64,000 bases of DNA, from NCBI GenBank assembly GCA_951406725.2, contig OX597831.1:22568001-22632000 (forward strand), read 5' to 3'. Shown in pieces: positions 27,378 to 41,751 of this stretch. Position numbers and translations under genes: made by a program. The notes beneath the pieces were generated by a model that saw only the letters and a program-made list of their open reading frames with translations, did not search any database and had not been told where the DNA came from. The number at the start of each line of letters is the position of its first letter. Position 1 is the first letter of the stretch. Source of the stretch: Octopus vulgaris (lineage: Eukaryota).

Positions 27378-27443
27378 CTGTACCAGTGAGAAAATGTAAA
27401 AATGAACTATTTCTGTAGAGTTAAATATATTCCTGTCTGACAC

Positions 27444-27817
27444 GGCTATATGGTAAGAAGCTTCCTTTCCAACCACTTGATGTCGGGTTCAGTCTCACTG
27501 CATGGCAATTTGGGAAAATATCTTCTACCGTAGTCTCAGGTCAACTAAAGCTTTGTCCGTGGAGTGGATTCGGTAGACGGAAACCGAAAGAAGCCCGTCA
27601 TATGTGTATCAGTTGTGTGTCTTTGTGTTTGCCTTTTGCTTCGTACTACTCTTTTATACTGGTGTTAGTTTGTTTAGGTCCACGTAAGAGACCGATAGAA
27701 TAAGTAACAGGCTTTTAAATATATAGGTACTGGGGTCTATTTGTTGCGACTAATCTTTCAATACGGCAAGCTCAGCATGGCTGTAGTCCAATGATTGAAA
27801 CATGCACAAGATAAAAG
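27444..27817 (+). mobile_element. Diverged abundant SINE copy
   Basis: GGCTATATGGTAAGAAGCTT head; GGTAGACGGAAACCGAAAGAAGCCCGTC. Confidence 0.75.
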
Positions 27818-28527
27818 ACGATAGATAAAAGGTGAAAACGAAGGAAATGCCATGTCATTTTTGTCGTTAATTCTTTTACGGTGCCAACCGTAACATATTT
27901 ATGTGATGCTGGAATAAACGGTAGAAGACTTAGAATTTTCAGACCGGAACACCAGAATTCTTTGAAAACAAAAGCTCCGCGCAAACCATTAGTCTGACGT
28001 ATAACGACTATACAGACCAAGAAAAAGAGAACTGCAGGAAACTAATGAGAGAGAAAGAGAGAGAGAGACAGAGACAGAGAGAGAGAGAGAGGCAGAGAGA
28101 CAGAGAGAGACAGAGAGACAGACAGACAGAGAGACAGAGAGCAGTTTGTAAAGCTTGTTATTTATGTTCCTCGTTATGTCTGAAAGCAACGAGGAAGATT
28201 GTTATTCTCCTTCGTTGACTGCACATGTAGCAAATGTATTCGTAATCACTAGAAGAGCAGCTTTCCCAGAGCGAAGTTTTGAGCAGCTACAAGAGAAATC
28301 CAAGCAACGAGAACAGACGTAAGACTGGTGGTGCGTGAGACGACTATGGTGAACATCGAAGAGAGACAACAAAGATGTCTCTACAAGCACTCTCGACATG
28401 CTAGAAGCAACAACAAAATATCTCTTACTATTCATTGGAATTCTTTAAAAAACGAGAGGTGGGACACATTAAATAGTGTAGTCCTATATATTCTGTTGCA
28501 AAAAGAAAAAGAGAGAGAGAGAAGAAA

Positions 28528-29030
28528 TGGCGTAGCTGTGTGGTAAGAAGCTCGCTTCCCAACCACATGTTTTCGGGTTCAGTCTCACTACACTGCACCT
28601 TCTACCAAGTATCTTCTATCTGGCCAAGTATCTTCTACCCTAACCTCTGGCCGATCAAATCTTTGCGAGTGTATTTCGTAGACGGAAACTGAAAGAAACC
28701 TGCCACACGAACACACACACATACACGTGTGTGTGTGTGTGTGTGAGTGTGCGTATGTGTATGTGCATGAATTTGTATGCGAGTGTATGTATATATGTGT
28801 GTGTGTGTCTTTGTATCTGTGTTTGTCTCCCACCACCGCTTGACAACCGGTGCTAGTTTGTTTACGTCCCTGTTACATTAGTGGTTCAGCAAAGAAACCG
28901 ATAAAATAAGTACCAGGCTTTAAAATAATAAACAAGACCTGGGGTCGATTCATTCGATCGGATCAAGTTATTCTACTAAACCCTTAAAATTGGTGCCCCA
29001 GCATGGCCGCATTCCAGTGAATGAAACAAA
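28528..29030 (+). mobile_element. Diverged abundant SINE copy
   Basis: GCTGTGTGGTAAGAAGC head; CCCAGCATGGCCGCA tail. Confidence 0.78.
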
Positions 29031-29119
29031 TCAAACATAATGGATTTCAGTCAGAATTCCTGATCATAAGTGTTCAGATGTTGAATCAAGTAAACAACCA
29101 AGCTCTTTAAATTAGCATA

Positions 29120-29545
29120 TAAGTGGCCGGGTATTCCACAGACAAATCTATCTATAGAAGTAATGAACTTGTTGTACACAGTGCTCGGGTGCACTACAAA
29201 GGATTGCATCAGGTGTAATGTTGGCATATTTCAGGAAACATGGAAGTTTTAAAGGGTGTAGTTTCTCGACAGTTAACAACTGATGCAGGTAGGTTATTCC
29301 ATGCTTCAGCAATTCTGAGCGTGAAAAAATGTTTCCGGAAGACATGAACGCTGTGTTGTCTTTTTTTTTTTTCATTTCGTAAGCATGTCAACGAGTGTTT
29401 GACATGGAATTCAAAATGGTGCCCAAGGTTATTGTTGGAAATAGGGCGGATAATCTTGTGCGTGTCTAACGATTCAGTTGCTAGACGTCTGAGCTTTAGT
29501 GTGTCCATGGCCTGAGACGCAAGACGTTCCGGGCATTGTAGATGT
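29120..29545 (-). mobile_element. CR1-group LINE 3' end remnant
   Basis: DTLKLRRL...THKII...FRKHFFTLRIAEAWNNLPASVVNC...FK is the typical CR1/L2 ORF2 C-terminus. Confidence 0.8.
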
Positions 29546-30660
29546 ACCTTACAGAGTATGGTAGATGTACCTTAATACATATTTCGTGTCGAATTAGTGT
29601 GACAAGGCTGAACGTTTTGAATTAGAGGTTCAGTCCATTATTTGGGGCGTCCACATAGTGTCCGTCCACCTAATTTCACTCAGAGGCCATGAGTCGAGTT
29701 GATGCCGTAGAAAAATGATTCATTTGACTAAAGATACTCCAGAGCGGTGGCCCAGCATGGCCGCAGTCAAATGACTGAAAGAAGTAAAAGATAACAGATA
29801 TGTATGTGTATGTTTATGTGTATGTGTGTGTGTATACACATGTACACAAGAAGCTTCCACACAGTTTCCGTCTACCAAAAGAAAATACTCACACGGCATA
29901 GAAAAATACATGGCTAAGGTGGCGTGCAGTGGGATCGAACCGAACAACACATGGATACAAAACGAATTTCTTAACCCCACAGCCATACTCAATTGAATGC
30001 CGTGTCTGGCTACTGCTGTTTTTTTTTCCACCCGCAGGCCAACTGATACTAGATTTATCATCAAAGTCGTGCCGACCGAGACCAGCTCATCTTATATTTT
30101 CAGATTTCGAGTTATGAAGGACAGTCTTATGTAATTTCACCTTCAACATTAACGTTAAAATGGCGTGTATTTTTGTTGCTAATTTTATAGTCTCATTGTT
30201 CATTCGTTAAACAACAAAGGCTTGGTGTAAGCAGGTCTATCTCACTGATGTGTACGTATGTATAGGTGGAGGCAGCTTGTCTTTTAGAATCCAGGTCGCA
30301 CTTTAGGAGGTTTTTTTATGCTCTTTCCGGTCTTTCTAAATCTAGGCGCTATCAATTCTCTTTTTTTCTTTCTTTTTGTTATCACGATGTTGGAGATAAC
30401 TGCATATATACATACCGAAGTACAGACGTACGTACGTACCTATGTATGTGTGTATGTATGTATGTATGTATGTATGTATGCATTTGTGTATGTATGTATA
30501 TATGTATATGCGCATGTCTATATGTATATATATATATATATATAAACACATATATTATATTATTATATTATTATATAGTTGAACGCCACGCATTCATTTT
30601 CAAGGATACGTATATGTGTGTATGCATATGTATATGTATATGTATATATACATATATATA

Positions 30661-30718
<58 letters not shown>

Positions 30719-30763
30719 GTTCAAATGTGTATATATGTTTATCCATATCAATCATCAATCTCT

Positions 30764-30912
<149 letters not shown>

Positions 30913-31806
30913 AATCTATCTTTGTATTTCTCGAAAAATTTAAAACAGAGAGTTACTTACTTGCAAATAATGTGACATTATTGACCGAGGTGACCGTGGT
31001 CTTTTCCGTAGTCTTTTCTTTCCACGGATAAACCTTATCGGTTTCCTCCTTTACACTTTACTTCGTGACATTCCTGTGATACACGATCCCTATTGATCGT
31101 TTTTTATCTCCAAAAAGAAAAGCTCTACTTTGTAATTCGTCCCCTCTGTGTTCAGCCCTGTGTGGCTAATAAAGAAACATATCTCTCCCCATTTCACTCG
31201 ATATGTGTGTGCGTGTGTATGTGTTTGTTTGTATGTGTGTGTCTATCTGTGTATGTATATATACTTACAGTTCACAAAAGTCGGGCTGCGTGGCGTTCAG
31301 TTATTCCATAAATGAAAAATGCATTAAAGACTACAAAACGAACACATAGGACAGACACCAGAAGCCTAATACTTCGTCAGTGATACTTATATATCCATAT
31401 GTATTTCTCGTTGAATATATTTGAGCGTGTGCGCGTGTTTGTGTTGTGCGCATATATACTTATATATAAATTTGCATGAACATGGATATATTCATATCTA
31501 TGCAAGGTCAACAGAAAAAATGAAGTAATCCATCCAATGAGAGCTAAATATCATTTAATGTAGTCAACATAAAGACACAAGTTCGTATCTTTACAACGTG
31601 TTCATTAAATGATATCTATGTATATATCATATACGTAGGTACGTATTTACGCACATATGTATGTACCATTTATTCATACAGATATAGATATAGATATAGA
31701 CATAACCCCGACGAAGTTAATTAGTTGTAGAGCACTCTCAGTAAATAACTCGCAAAGAAGAATTAATATGGCGTTCCTTTGATTCATGGGCGTCAAGCTA
31801 CCAACA

Positions 31807-31860
<54 letters not shown>

Positions 31861-32080
31861 TTGTATGCGTTTGTGTATGTTTCTCTGTATGTGTATATAC
31901 ATATCTATTCACATACATGCGTACATACATACATACATACATACATACATACATACATACATACGTACATATATACGCTAGTTTGTTAAGTCTTTTCAGA
32001 AAATAAACCGAATATGTTTGTTTCTAGTTTTCAGCCGTTCACGTTCACCCTCCCACCCTCCCCTCCACCTCCCCCTCCCC

Positions 32081-32112
<32 letters not shown>

Positions 32113-32191
32113 TACACAAACACAGACACACACACTCACACTCAAGCGCACAAGCAAACAAGGACTCCCATACATATAGCGCATACACATA

Positions 32192-32239
<48 letters not shown>

Positions 32240-32316
32240 TGTATACCCACATATTTACATATTTATATATACATGAATACATAGATATATATGTACATAT
32301 ATGTATATATATATAC

Positions 32317-32370
<54 letters not shown>

Positions 32371-32953
32371 ATATATATATGCATACATACGCACACGCAT
32401 ACAAGCACGCACACACACACACACATATATATAGGTACATACAATTATACACATAGATAAATAGATAAGCTATTTGGGAAGGAGAGCTCCATTGTTGAAA
32501 TATGTGTATGGAGAAGACAGACCAGTTCTATGTATAGGCAAAGATATTTGGCTGGCTTTCAAATATTCCTGCATGCAATATTGTTTGAAACGCAGGCGCA
32601 CACAAACACACACGCACACACACACAACACACACAAACACACACACACACAAACACTGAGAGACACACACACACACAAACACTGAGACACACACACACAC
32701 AAACACAAACACACACACACGAGGTTAAAACAGACACACAAATAGTAAGACGCTTATATAGCGGAGTGTATGAATATATACCAAGATTTTTTACTCCTAT
32801 TTTTAGGCTTGTTCCTTCTGTTAACCAATTTTGGACGGAATATCAATATGGATATCATACAATGTCTGTGTGTGTGTGTGTGTGTGTGTGTTTGTGTATA
32901 GGCATATATACTTGCATTTAAATGTGCATGAATATGGATATATTCATGCACAT

Positions 32954-32992
<39 letters not shown>

Positions 32993-33007
32993 TCTATATA
33001 TATATAT

Positions 33008-33203
33008 ATATTAATAAATAAAATAAAACATATGCATATATATAAACATATATGTACGTACCTACCTCTACATGTACATATACACGCATATATGAGTACA
33101 GGACACCAAAAGGACGTCGAACACAATGAGAAACGAAAACATAGACACAAACCAAAGGAACTGGACATTTTTTTAAAACAACAAAAAATAGAGTACAGGA
33201 CGA

Positions 33204-33269
<66 letters not shown>

Positions 33270-33391
33270 GTCCCGGGTTGATTCGGGGTTAACCACAGTA
33301 AATAAGGTACTCAATACATAGCAGAGTAAAATTAATTTATTATATAGAAGGAGCTTCTACAGGACTAGAACTGTTTCATTCAAGAAATAAA

Positions 33392-33468
<77 letters not shown>

Positions 33469-33795
33469 GTTAAGAACGAACTTACTTAGAAATGGATGCG
33501 TCCGATCTATCGTGTAATAACAAATTAATAAATAAAACATATGCATATATACATGCATATATACATACGTAACTGAAGAAGGGGAATTTTCCTTGTGTTA
33601 TATGTCCTGTACTATATTTTTTCGCTGTTTAAGAAAAATGTCCAGTTCCTTGGTTTTGTGTTTATGTTTTCGTTTCTCATTGTGTTCGACGTTTTTTTGG
33701 TGTCCTGTACCCATATATGCATGTATATATACATGTAGATGTAGGTACGTACATATATGTATGTATATATGCATATGTTTTATTTATTAATTTGT

Positions 33796-33800
<5 letters not shown>
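33008..33800. repeat. (TA)n-embedded repeat present as inverted copies (33008-33205 and 33572-33800); third copy at 63870-64000
   Basis: CCAGTTCCTTGGTTTTGTGTTTATGTTTTCGTTTCTCATTGTGTTCGACG is shared. Both plus-strand copies begin at CTGAAGAAGGGGAATTT. Confidence 0.8.
33269..33385 (-). mobile_element. Truncated copy of the HHR element at 36003-36212
   Basis: Near-identical to 36003-36117; truncated inside HHR stem II. Confidence 0.8.
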
Positions 33801-33861
<61 letters not shown>

Positions 33862-34329
33862 AGATTATGATGCTGTGAAATGCATGCTAAGGCTTAAAAA
33901 TTCAGTTTCAATAAAAAGATATCGGCGCTTGAGTATATAAATGTGTATATGTATGCTCACACATACACACGCTCGCGTTCGTGCCTTTGTGGGTGGCGTG
34001 TATTTGACCGAGAATCCAAATATAGATATATATAAGTGTTGGGTATTTTCCTAGTAGTACACTGATAAAGTACGTTCGCTGCCTGTGGCTACCAACCACG
34101 GCAATTACACAACTGTCGTTGGATCCACCTCAGGAATCACTTAGTGTACTTTGAGAGAGACGAAAAAGGGAATACACGGGAAGGAAACTTTATTGCTCAC
34201 AACGATCGTTTAGACACATCCTGCATCCATTCCTGACGGGTAATAAGCGGTGTCTCGAGATAGCCCTTATTACATCACCTTCGTCACCGAGGGATACATC
34301 ACGCTTCTACACCGCAGAATGCACCACAG

Positions 34330-34806
34330 CTAGTTGTAAAGTTTCTCATCTTCAAGACGAAGGCAGGTGTATGAACAACAAGCAGATGTATTAGTTTGAC
34401 GCACGGGGAAGTGAGAAAGTCTTTTACATTTCGAGCCTACGCTCTTCAACAGAAAGGAATAAGAGAAAATAAACAGAGAGAGAATAAAAAAAAAACTTGT
34501 GGATTTGATGGATACTGTGTGTTGGTAGATGATATGTAGGTTTTCGCGGAGGCAGAGATGGCAATTAGGGATGCCATGTAAATATGGTGGGGCCCTGTCG
34601 ACAATAGTCCACTTGATGCTGGATATTTCGCCTCGCGGGTCAGGAGGTCTCCAGAGAAAGTGCGACAGGGAAGTAGAGGTCGCCTTATCGCTGGATCTGA
34701 ATGAATGCATATGCTGAGAGTACCTTCCATTGAAGTCGCTGGTTGTCATACCTGTATAGTGCTTAGTGATGCCATCGGACGGTGTAAAGGTGCATTTGCA
34801 TACTAT
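34330..34806 (-). mobile_element. Penelope-like element 3' end: GIY-YIG endonuclease remnant plus pseudo-LTR with HHR-like motif
   Basis: IVCKCTFTPSDGITKHYTGMTTSDFNGRYSQHMHSFR...STSLSHFLW...IKWTIVDRAPPY...CHLCLRENLHII. Downstream HHR-like motif at 34421-34456. The pLTR part recurs at 61945-62070. Confidence 0.85.
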
Positions 34807-35007
34807 ATATATGTATATATATACCGAAAAAAAGCATGTTGTTTGTTGATTTTAACCCACGCTGGTGGAAGGGGGAGAGCAGAAATTCTTCGCTTGCATA
34901 TTTGAATTTGTTGGCACTGTTAGTTGCGAGTAGATCTTCGGAGACGATGGGAAACCGAATAGGTATGCTCCTGCTTTCAGTGTTTTCAAATCCAAACCAG
35001 GGAGTTC

Positions 35008-35060
35008 TGAGCTGATGATAGAAGTGTCGAGTTTGACTAATCTTGAAACGTACGTTCTCA
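35008..35060 (+). ncRNA. Type I hammerhead ribozyme, repeat unit 1
   Basis: UGAG-CUGAUGA-U-AGA..GUCG(loop)UGAC..UCU-U-GAAA-CGUACG-UU-CUCA. Predicted cleavage after 35056. Confidence 0.8.
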
Positions 35061-35566
35061 AATAACCTTTGCATTTGATTTTTTAATGTTTCTACCCTCA
35101 TACTTTCGTGAGTTGAATTGAACAAGCACTATTTGAGAGAGATTTTCTTTAAGTATTGGAAATAGTTTTTAAAAAGATTTTTTTGGCTGCTATTTCTAAT
35201 GAGTTCAGTATGCGGCAAAGTAATTTATTTTACTAAGCCCTTTTATATAATGTAATAATTTGAATTCGCCTTAAATGGTCCCTTTGCATACTGAACACTT
35301 GGTGAAATTGATTAATTAATTAATTTTACCCTCAATTGTTGAAATTATAATTCATCTTTCTCTATTTAATGCCTCGGATTTTACCGAAAAAAGCATGTTG
35401 TTTGTTGATTTTAACCCACGCTGGTGGAAGGGGGAGAGCAGAAATTCTTCGCTTGCATATTTGAATTTGTTGGCACTGTTAGTTGCGAGTAGATCTTCGG
35501 AGACGATGGGAAACCGAATAGGTATGCTCCTGCTTTCAGTGTTTTCAAATCCAAACCAGGGAGTTC

Positions 35567-35619
35567 TGAGCTGATGATAGAAGTGTCGAGTTTGACTAAT
35601 CTTGAAACGTACGTTCTCA
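35567..35619 (+). ncRNA. Type I hammerhead ribozyme, repeat unit 2
   Basis: Identical motif. Predicted cleavage after 35615. Confidence 0.8.
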
Positions 35620-35901
35620 AATAACCTTTGCATTTGATTTTTTAATGTTTCTACCCTCATACTTTCGTGAGTTGAATTGAACAAGCACTATTTGAGAGAG
35701 ATTTTCTTTAAGTATTGGAAATAGTTTTAAAAAAGTTTTTTTGGCTGCTATTTCTAATGAGTTCAGTATGCGGCAAAGTAATTTATTTTACTAAGCCCTT
35801 TTATATAATGTAATAATTTGAATTCGCCTTAAATGGTCCCTTTGCATACTGAACACTTGGTGAAATTGATTAATTAATTAATTTTACCCTCAATTGTTGA
35901 A

Positions 35902-35999
<98 letters not shown>

Positions 36000-36002
36000 G
36001 TA

Positions 36003-36212
36003 GGTCCCGGGTTGAGTCGGGGTTAACCACAGTAAATAAGGTACTCAATACATAGCAGAGTAAATTAATTTATTTTATAGAAGGAGCTTCTACAGGACTA
36101 GAACTGTTTCATTCAAAAGAAATCATCAGGAAGAAATCATCAGCTTCCTGATGATTTCTTTTGAATGAAACAGTTCTAGTCCTGTAGAAGCTCCTTCTAA
36201 AAAATAAATAAA
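36003..36212. mobile_element. Fold-back element with two opposed hammerhead motifs
   Basis: Inverted arms about 36069-36133 and 36144-36212. Plus-strand HHR at 36142-36192: AGCUUC-CUGAUGA-U-UUC(UUUU)GAA-U-GAAA-CAG(UUCUAGUC)CUG-UA-GAAGCU. The same motif lies on the minus strand at 36085-36133. Confidence 0.8.
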
Positions 36213-36228
36213 TATATATATATATAAT

Positions 36229-36494
36229 AAACAATTGCAGCGTGGAAGGTTTTTAAGAAACACACAAAAACCGTTAGATTCACTTCAACGCTTAAATTTA
36301 ATTTCACAAGATATTCTCGTCGCTTTGAGACCGCGATCTCTTCACCGACAAAATTCCGTGCAGCACGAAGTTGAAGTGAATCTAACGTTTTTGTGTGTTT
36401 CTTAAATGGCTTATAAACACCTTCCACGCTGCAATTGTTTTCGTTCCAGCACACGATCTCAGATCAGGTCACTTGCTATGCAAGTACATCTCCG

Positions 36495-36497
<3 letters not shown>
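36229..36497. mobile_element. Second fold-back (TA)n-embedded element with a degenerate HHR-like hairpin
   Basis: Inverted arms about 36229-36289 and 36370-36441. The minus strand between them reads GTGAAGA-GATCGC(loop)GCGAC-GAGA. Confidence 0.55.
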
Positions 36498-36560
<63 letters not shown>

Positions 36561-37179
36561 CTGCGTGACTTTCAGTTATCCATATATACATTTCCTTTCT
36601 TATACATACTATATTCCGTCTGCAACATTATGGATGCACCATACACTACACCGCAGATCATATTAATGGTAAATCTTTCGGACAAGCAAGCATCGTAAAT
36701 ATACATAAAATGATATACCTTCTGATCGAGATTTGCAACACGTGATATGGGCGCGCCATATCTCGTCTTACAAATGTATATACTATTTTAAATAACTTCA
36801 GTAGGGAAAATGGGTTAGTAGTAAAGAAATATTCTATTTTCGGGTTTAGAATACACCAGTGTGCACGTATATATATTAGTTGCTTTGTTTACTGATAATC
36901 CTTTCTCTCTTTCTAAGACCGCTTAAGTGGAACGTGAAATTGTTAATCTATAAGGCCAGTCGTACCGCTAGCTACAATATGAGATTCATAAATTCTTTAG
37001 TTTTATATCTTTCGAATTCTCGTTTTCTTATACGTGTATTGATTCATGTTCCAGATAATTGGTTACCTATCGAATCTATTTGTCTATCTGGCTGTCTATC
37101 TGTTTGTGTGTTTGTCTGTCTATTTGTATGTCTTTGTTTTCTGTCTAATCCTTCTATCCATCCATCAATCCATTCTATC

Positions 37180-37329
<150 letters not shown>

Positions 37330-37726
37330 TATATAGATATATATACATCTTTTATCATTTACTTGTTTCTGTCAATGGAATGCGGGGCCTCTTAAGTAGT
37401 GCCAAATGAATCAGTTCCAGTACTTACTTTTATTTTTATTTTCAACCTGGTGGCTATACTATGATTGACTTTTTGTCGAACTGCTAGGCTATGGGGACGT
37501 AAGCAAACCAATAACAAATGTCAAGTCATAGTGGAAACAGATACAAACATACACGCACACACTCACCCATAAGACGGTACAAAGGGCTTCTTTCAGTTAC
37601 CGTCTTCCAGGAACGTATCACTCTCTCACTCTCTCTCTCTCCTCCTCTCTTTCTCCCTCTTTCTCTACATCTCTCTCTCTCCTTCTCTCACTTTCTCTCT
37701 GTCTATCTATCTATCTGTCTGTCTGT

Positions 37727-37780
<54 letters not shown>

Positions 37781-37794
37781 CCAATCAATCAATA

Positions 37795-37990
<196 letters not shown>

Positions 37991-38079
37991 CACACACACA
38001 CCTACATCAGTACATATGTATAGAGAGATAGATGTACACATACGCAAACAGGAATAAAGCAAAATTATAACTTATAATG

Positions 38080-38497
38080 ACCTTATTCCTGATGCTGACG
38101 TGGAGGAGGAGGAGGAGGAGGAGGAGGAGAGGATGAGCAGGAGGAGGAAGAGTAAGCGAGAATGAGGTTGGCGGGGAATGAGGAAATGGTGAAGGGGGGA
38201 GAAGAGGAAGTGGAATGAGAAGAGGACCATAAAAAAGAGGAGGAAGAGGAGACGGAAGAAGAGGAGGAATGAGAGGAGAAAGAAGAGGAAGGAGACGGGG
38301 GAAGGTTCCTGACGATGCCAGTTCGCAGTGATTATCCAATCTTCTGCAAAAAAATTGTAAGGACCCATTGAAAGTTTTTGCAATAATAGTTGTCAAATTG
38401 GGGTCGAGGTAAGGGTGGAGAGCCTTTGGTGTAGCGAGAAATCAATGCACCCGTATATCGTGGATCGATCATCATCATGATCATCATCATCACCATG

Positions 38498-38536
<39 letters not shown>

Positions 38537-38744
38537 GTCATCATCATCAGTACCATTAGCACTATCATCACCAGCATTACTAAAACTTACATCGTTATCA
38601 TCATCTTTATAATACTCCTCGTTCCTATCACCATAATTATTTCCCCTCTATATCAATTATCATGATCATCATCATCATCATCATTATCTTCATCATCATC
38701 GTCATCATCATTATTAATATTGTTGTTGGAGCAATTATTGTTAA

Positions 38745-38801
<57 letters not shown>

Positions 38802-39130
38802 CACACTTTGATGTTGCTACAACTACTACTACTGCTACTACTACTGCTGCTGCTGCTGCTGCTATTACTCCTAGTATTACTGCTGTTGCTATAACAACAA
38901 CAACTACTACTACTACTGTTGTGGTTATTACAACTATTATTATTGTTATTGTTGTCTCTATCATTATTATAGCCAGCATCGTCATCAGCACCCTCAACAT
39001 TATTATTATTATTATCATTATTATTATTATTATTATTATTATTAATATTATTATCATTATTATTATCATTATTATTATTATTATTATCATTATTATTATT
39101 ATTTGCTGGTGTTGTTTTTGCTGTTGTTGT
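38080..39130. repeat. Low-complexity trinucleotide arrays (GGA, ATC, ATT, ACT, GTT)
   Basis: Directly visible. Confidence 0.95.
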
Positions 39131-39133
39131 TAC

Positions 39134-39165
39134 CCAGAATCCCTCCAATGCACGAAACGATTCTC
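39134..39165 (-). CDS. Candidate 32-nt micro-exon; paralogous copy at 44064-44095
   Basis: ttttcaatcag acceptor and GG/gtaac donor. The block is conserved between two old duplicated segments. Confidence 0.35.
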
Positions 39166-39408
39166 CTGATTGAAAAAGGATGAAGTAGGTTTCTTTGTAT
39201 TTAGTTTATTGAAAAAATAAATTTAGCTGAAAATAGCGGGGGTCGTCCATAGGGGAGAGTGAGGTGATGAAAATAAATACCAAAAATGAAAAAAATAGAC
39301 AAGCATATAAATACATACATACATACATAAATATATACATTTATATATAAACATATATACATAAATAAATATACATATATATATATATACGTTTATATAT
39401 ACACACAC

Positions 39409-39460
<52 letters not shown>

Positions 39461-39595
39461 GTTTATACACACTCTCGCGCGAATCCATATATGTACATAT
39501 ATGTATATATATATATATATATATATCCGTCTATACATATATTTTTCAATACGTACTTACATATATGTATATATATTTACATGCTACCTTTGTAT

Positions 39596-39635
<40 letters not shown>

Positions 39636-39951
39636 TTATTATATGTATATATAACATCAAGCATTAAGCACGTTCACAACTATTTCAGCGTATTGGCAAA
39701 TGAAAATAAATGGATCTCTGTCGCTTTCGACGATGAGTTTGCTAATACTGCGATCAACTCTGCATTAAACTAATTGCATTGAGATGTAAGTGAATGCGTA
39801 CTCCTTAGGTAATACGAATACTCAGTTTTATCCGAACAAAAATGAGTCTAACATATTTCGTTCAAAGGGTGATATTTTTGGATAAAAAGTGCGATCAATA
39901 AATTTTATATAAAGTTTATATATATGTATATGAGTTTTTTCCGTGAACTCT

Positions 39952-40935
<984 letters not shown>

Positions 40936-40973
40936 ATATACAGATAACTATGTATATATGTATATCTGTGTGT

Positions 40974-41015
<42 letters not shown>

Positions 41016-41148
41016 CCAAATATTTGAGATTCAGTTGAATTATGTACCAAAACTTTAGTGAGGTATTATCCGTACAACACATTGCATTGTTCAATTAAAT
41101 CATTCCGCTTGAATACTGCACCACCTCTGGATATCCTGTTGCTTATTT

Positions 41149-41223
<75 letters not shown>

Positions 41224-41637
41224 TGTACTTACATACAATATCAAAAAGGGTACGGGCGTCGCCATATATATATGTATATGTAAAAAACACAAACTGGTAC
41301 AAGAACGCAAAACATTTAGAAGACGATACAAAAAACACGGACGGGACATTCGAAGCCTTCAATCTTCAATCAAGAACCGGATCAACCTCGCAATTTATAC
41401 AAACACACATACACACACACATATACACATAAATATATATATAGGTAAGTAGAGTTAGCGGTTGGAATGACACTCTAAGGGATAAGAATATCCGTTATTA
41501 CTATCGGTATAAATTAACTATGTTAATCCAGGGCATGGATATGCAAGGATGCTATGTTCATAAGATACAATCAATAGCAAAATAAACAGGAGTTTCCTCT
41601 TTCCACTTGTCTTCTTTTATTTTATGTATTTGTCTTT

Positions 41638-41751
41638 CACTCTGATGAAGCTCCGTGTACCAGATCGGATGTGCTATAAAAGATGAATATTATTCTCAAA
41701 ATTTCCTTTGGCAGCGCCGACTGACATAGGTAGCAGAAACGGCTGTCAGCA
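41638..41751 (+). ncRNA. Degenerate hammerhead-like motif with a long stem II insertion
   Basis: CUGAUGA (41642-41648), GCUCC...GGUAGC, GAAA (41736-41739), CGGCUG-UC. Stem I has only 2 bp. Confidence 0.45.

Larger units (their letters stand above)
34822..35903 (+). mobile_element. Retrozyme-like tandem repeat (559-bp period, about 1.9 copies), one HHR per unit
   Basis: 34822-35345 is nearly identical to 35382-35903. HHRs at 35008-35060 and 35567-35619. Flanked by (TA)n. Confidence 0.82.

Noticed and set aside
27772-28440. Open frames on both strands in unique-looking sequence
   Set aside because: No consistent donor/acceptor pair or recognisable product, and strand or frame cannot be chosen.
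34763-35684. Duplicated 110-120 aa minus-strand ORFs (MFNSTHESMRV...)
   Set aside because: They are antisense to the HHRs, start at TTG, have no recognisable domain and differ in C-terminus between copies. The duplication explains their recurrence.
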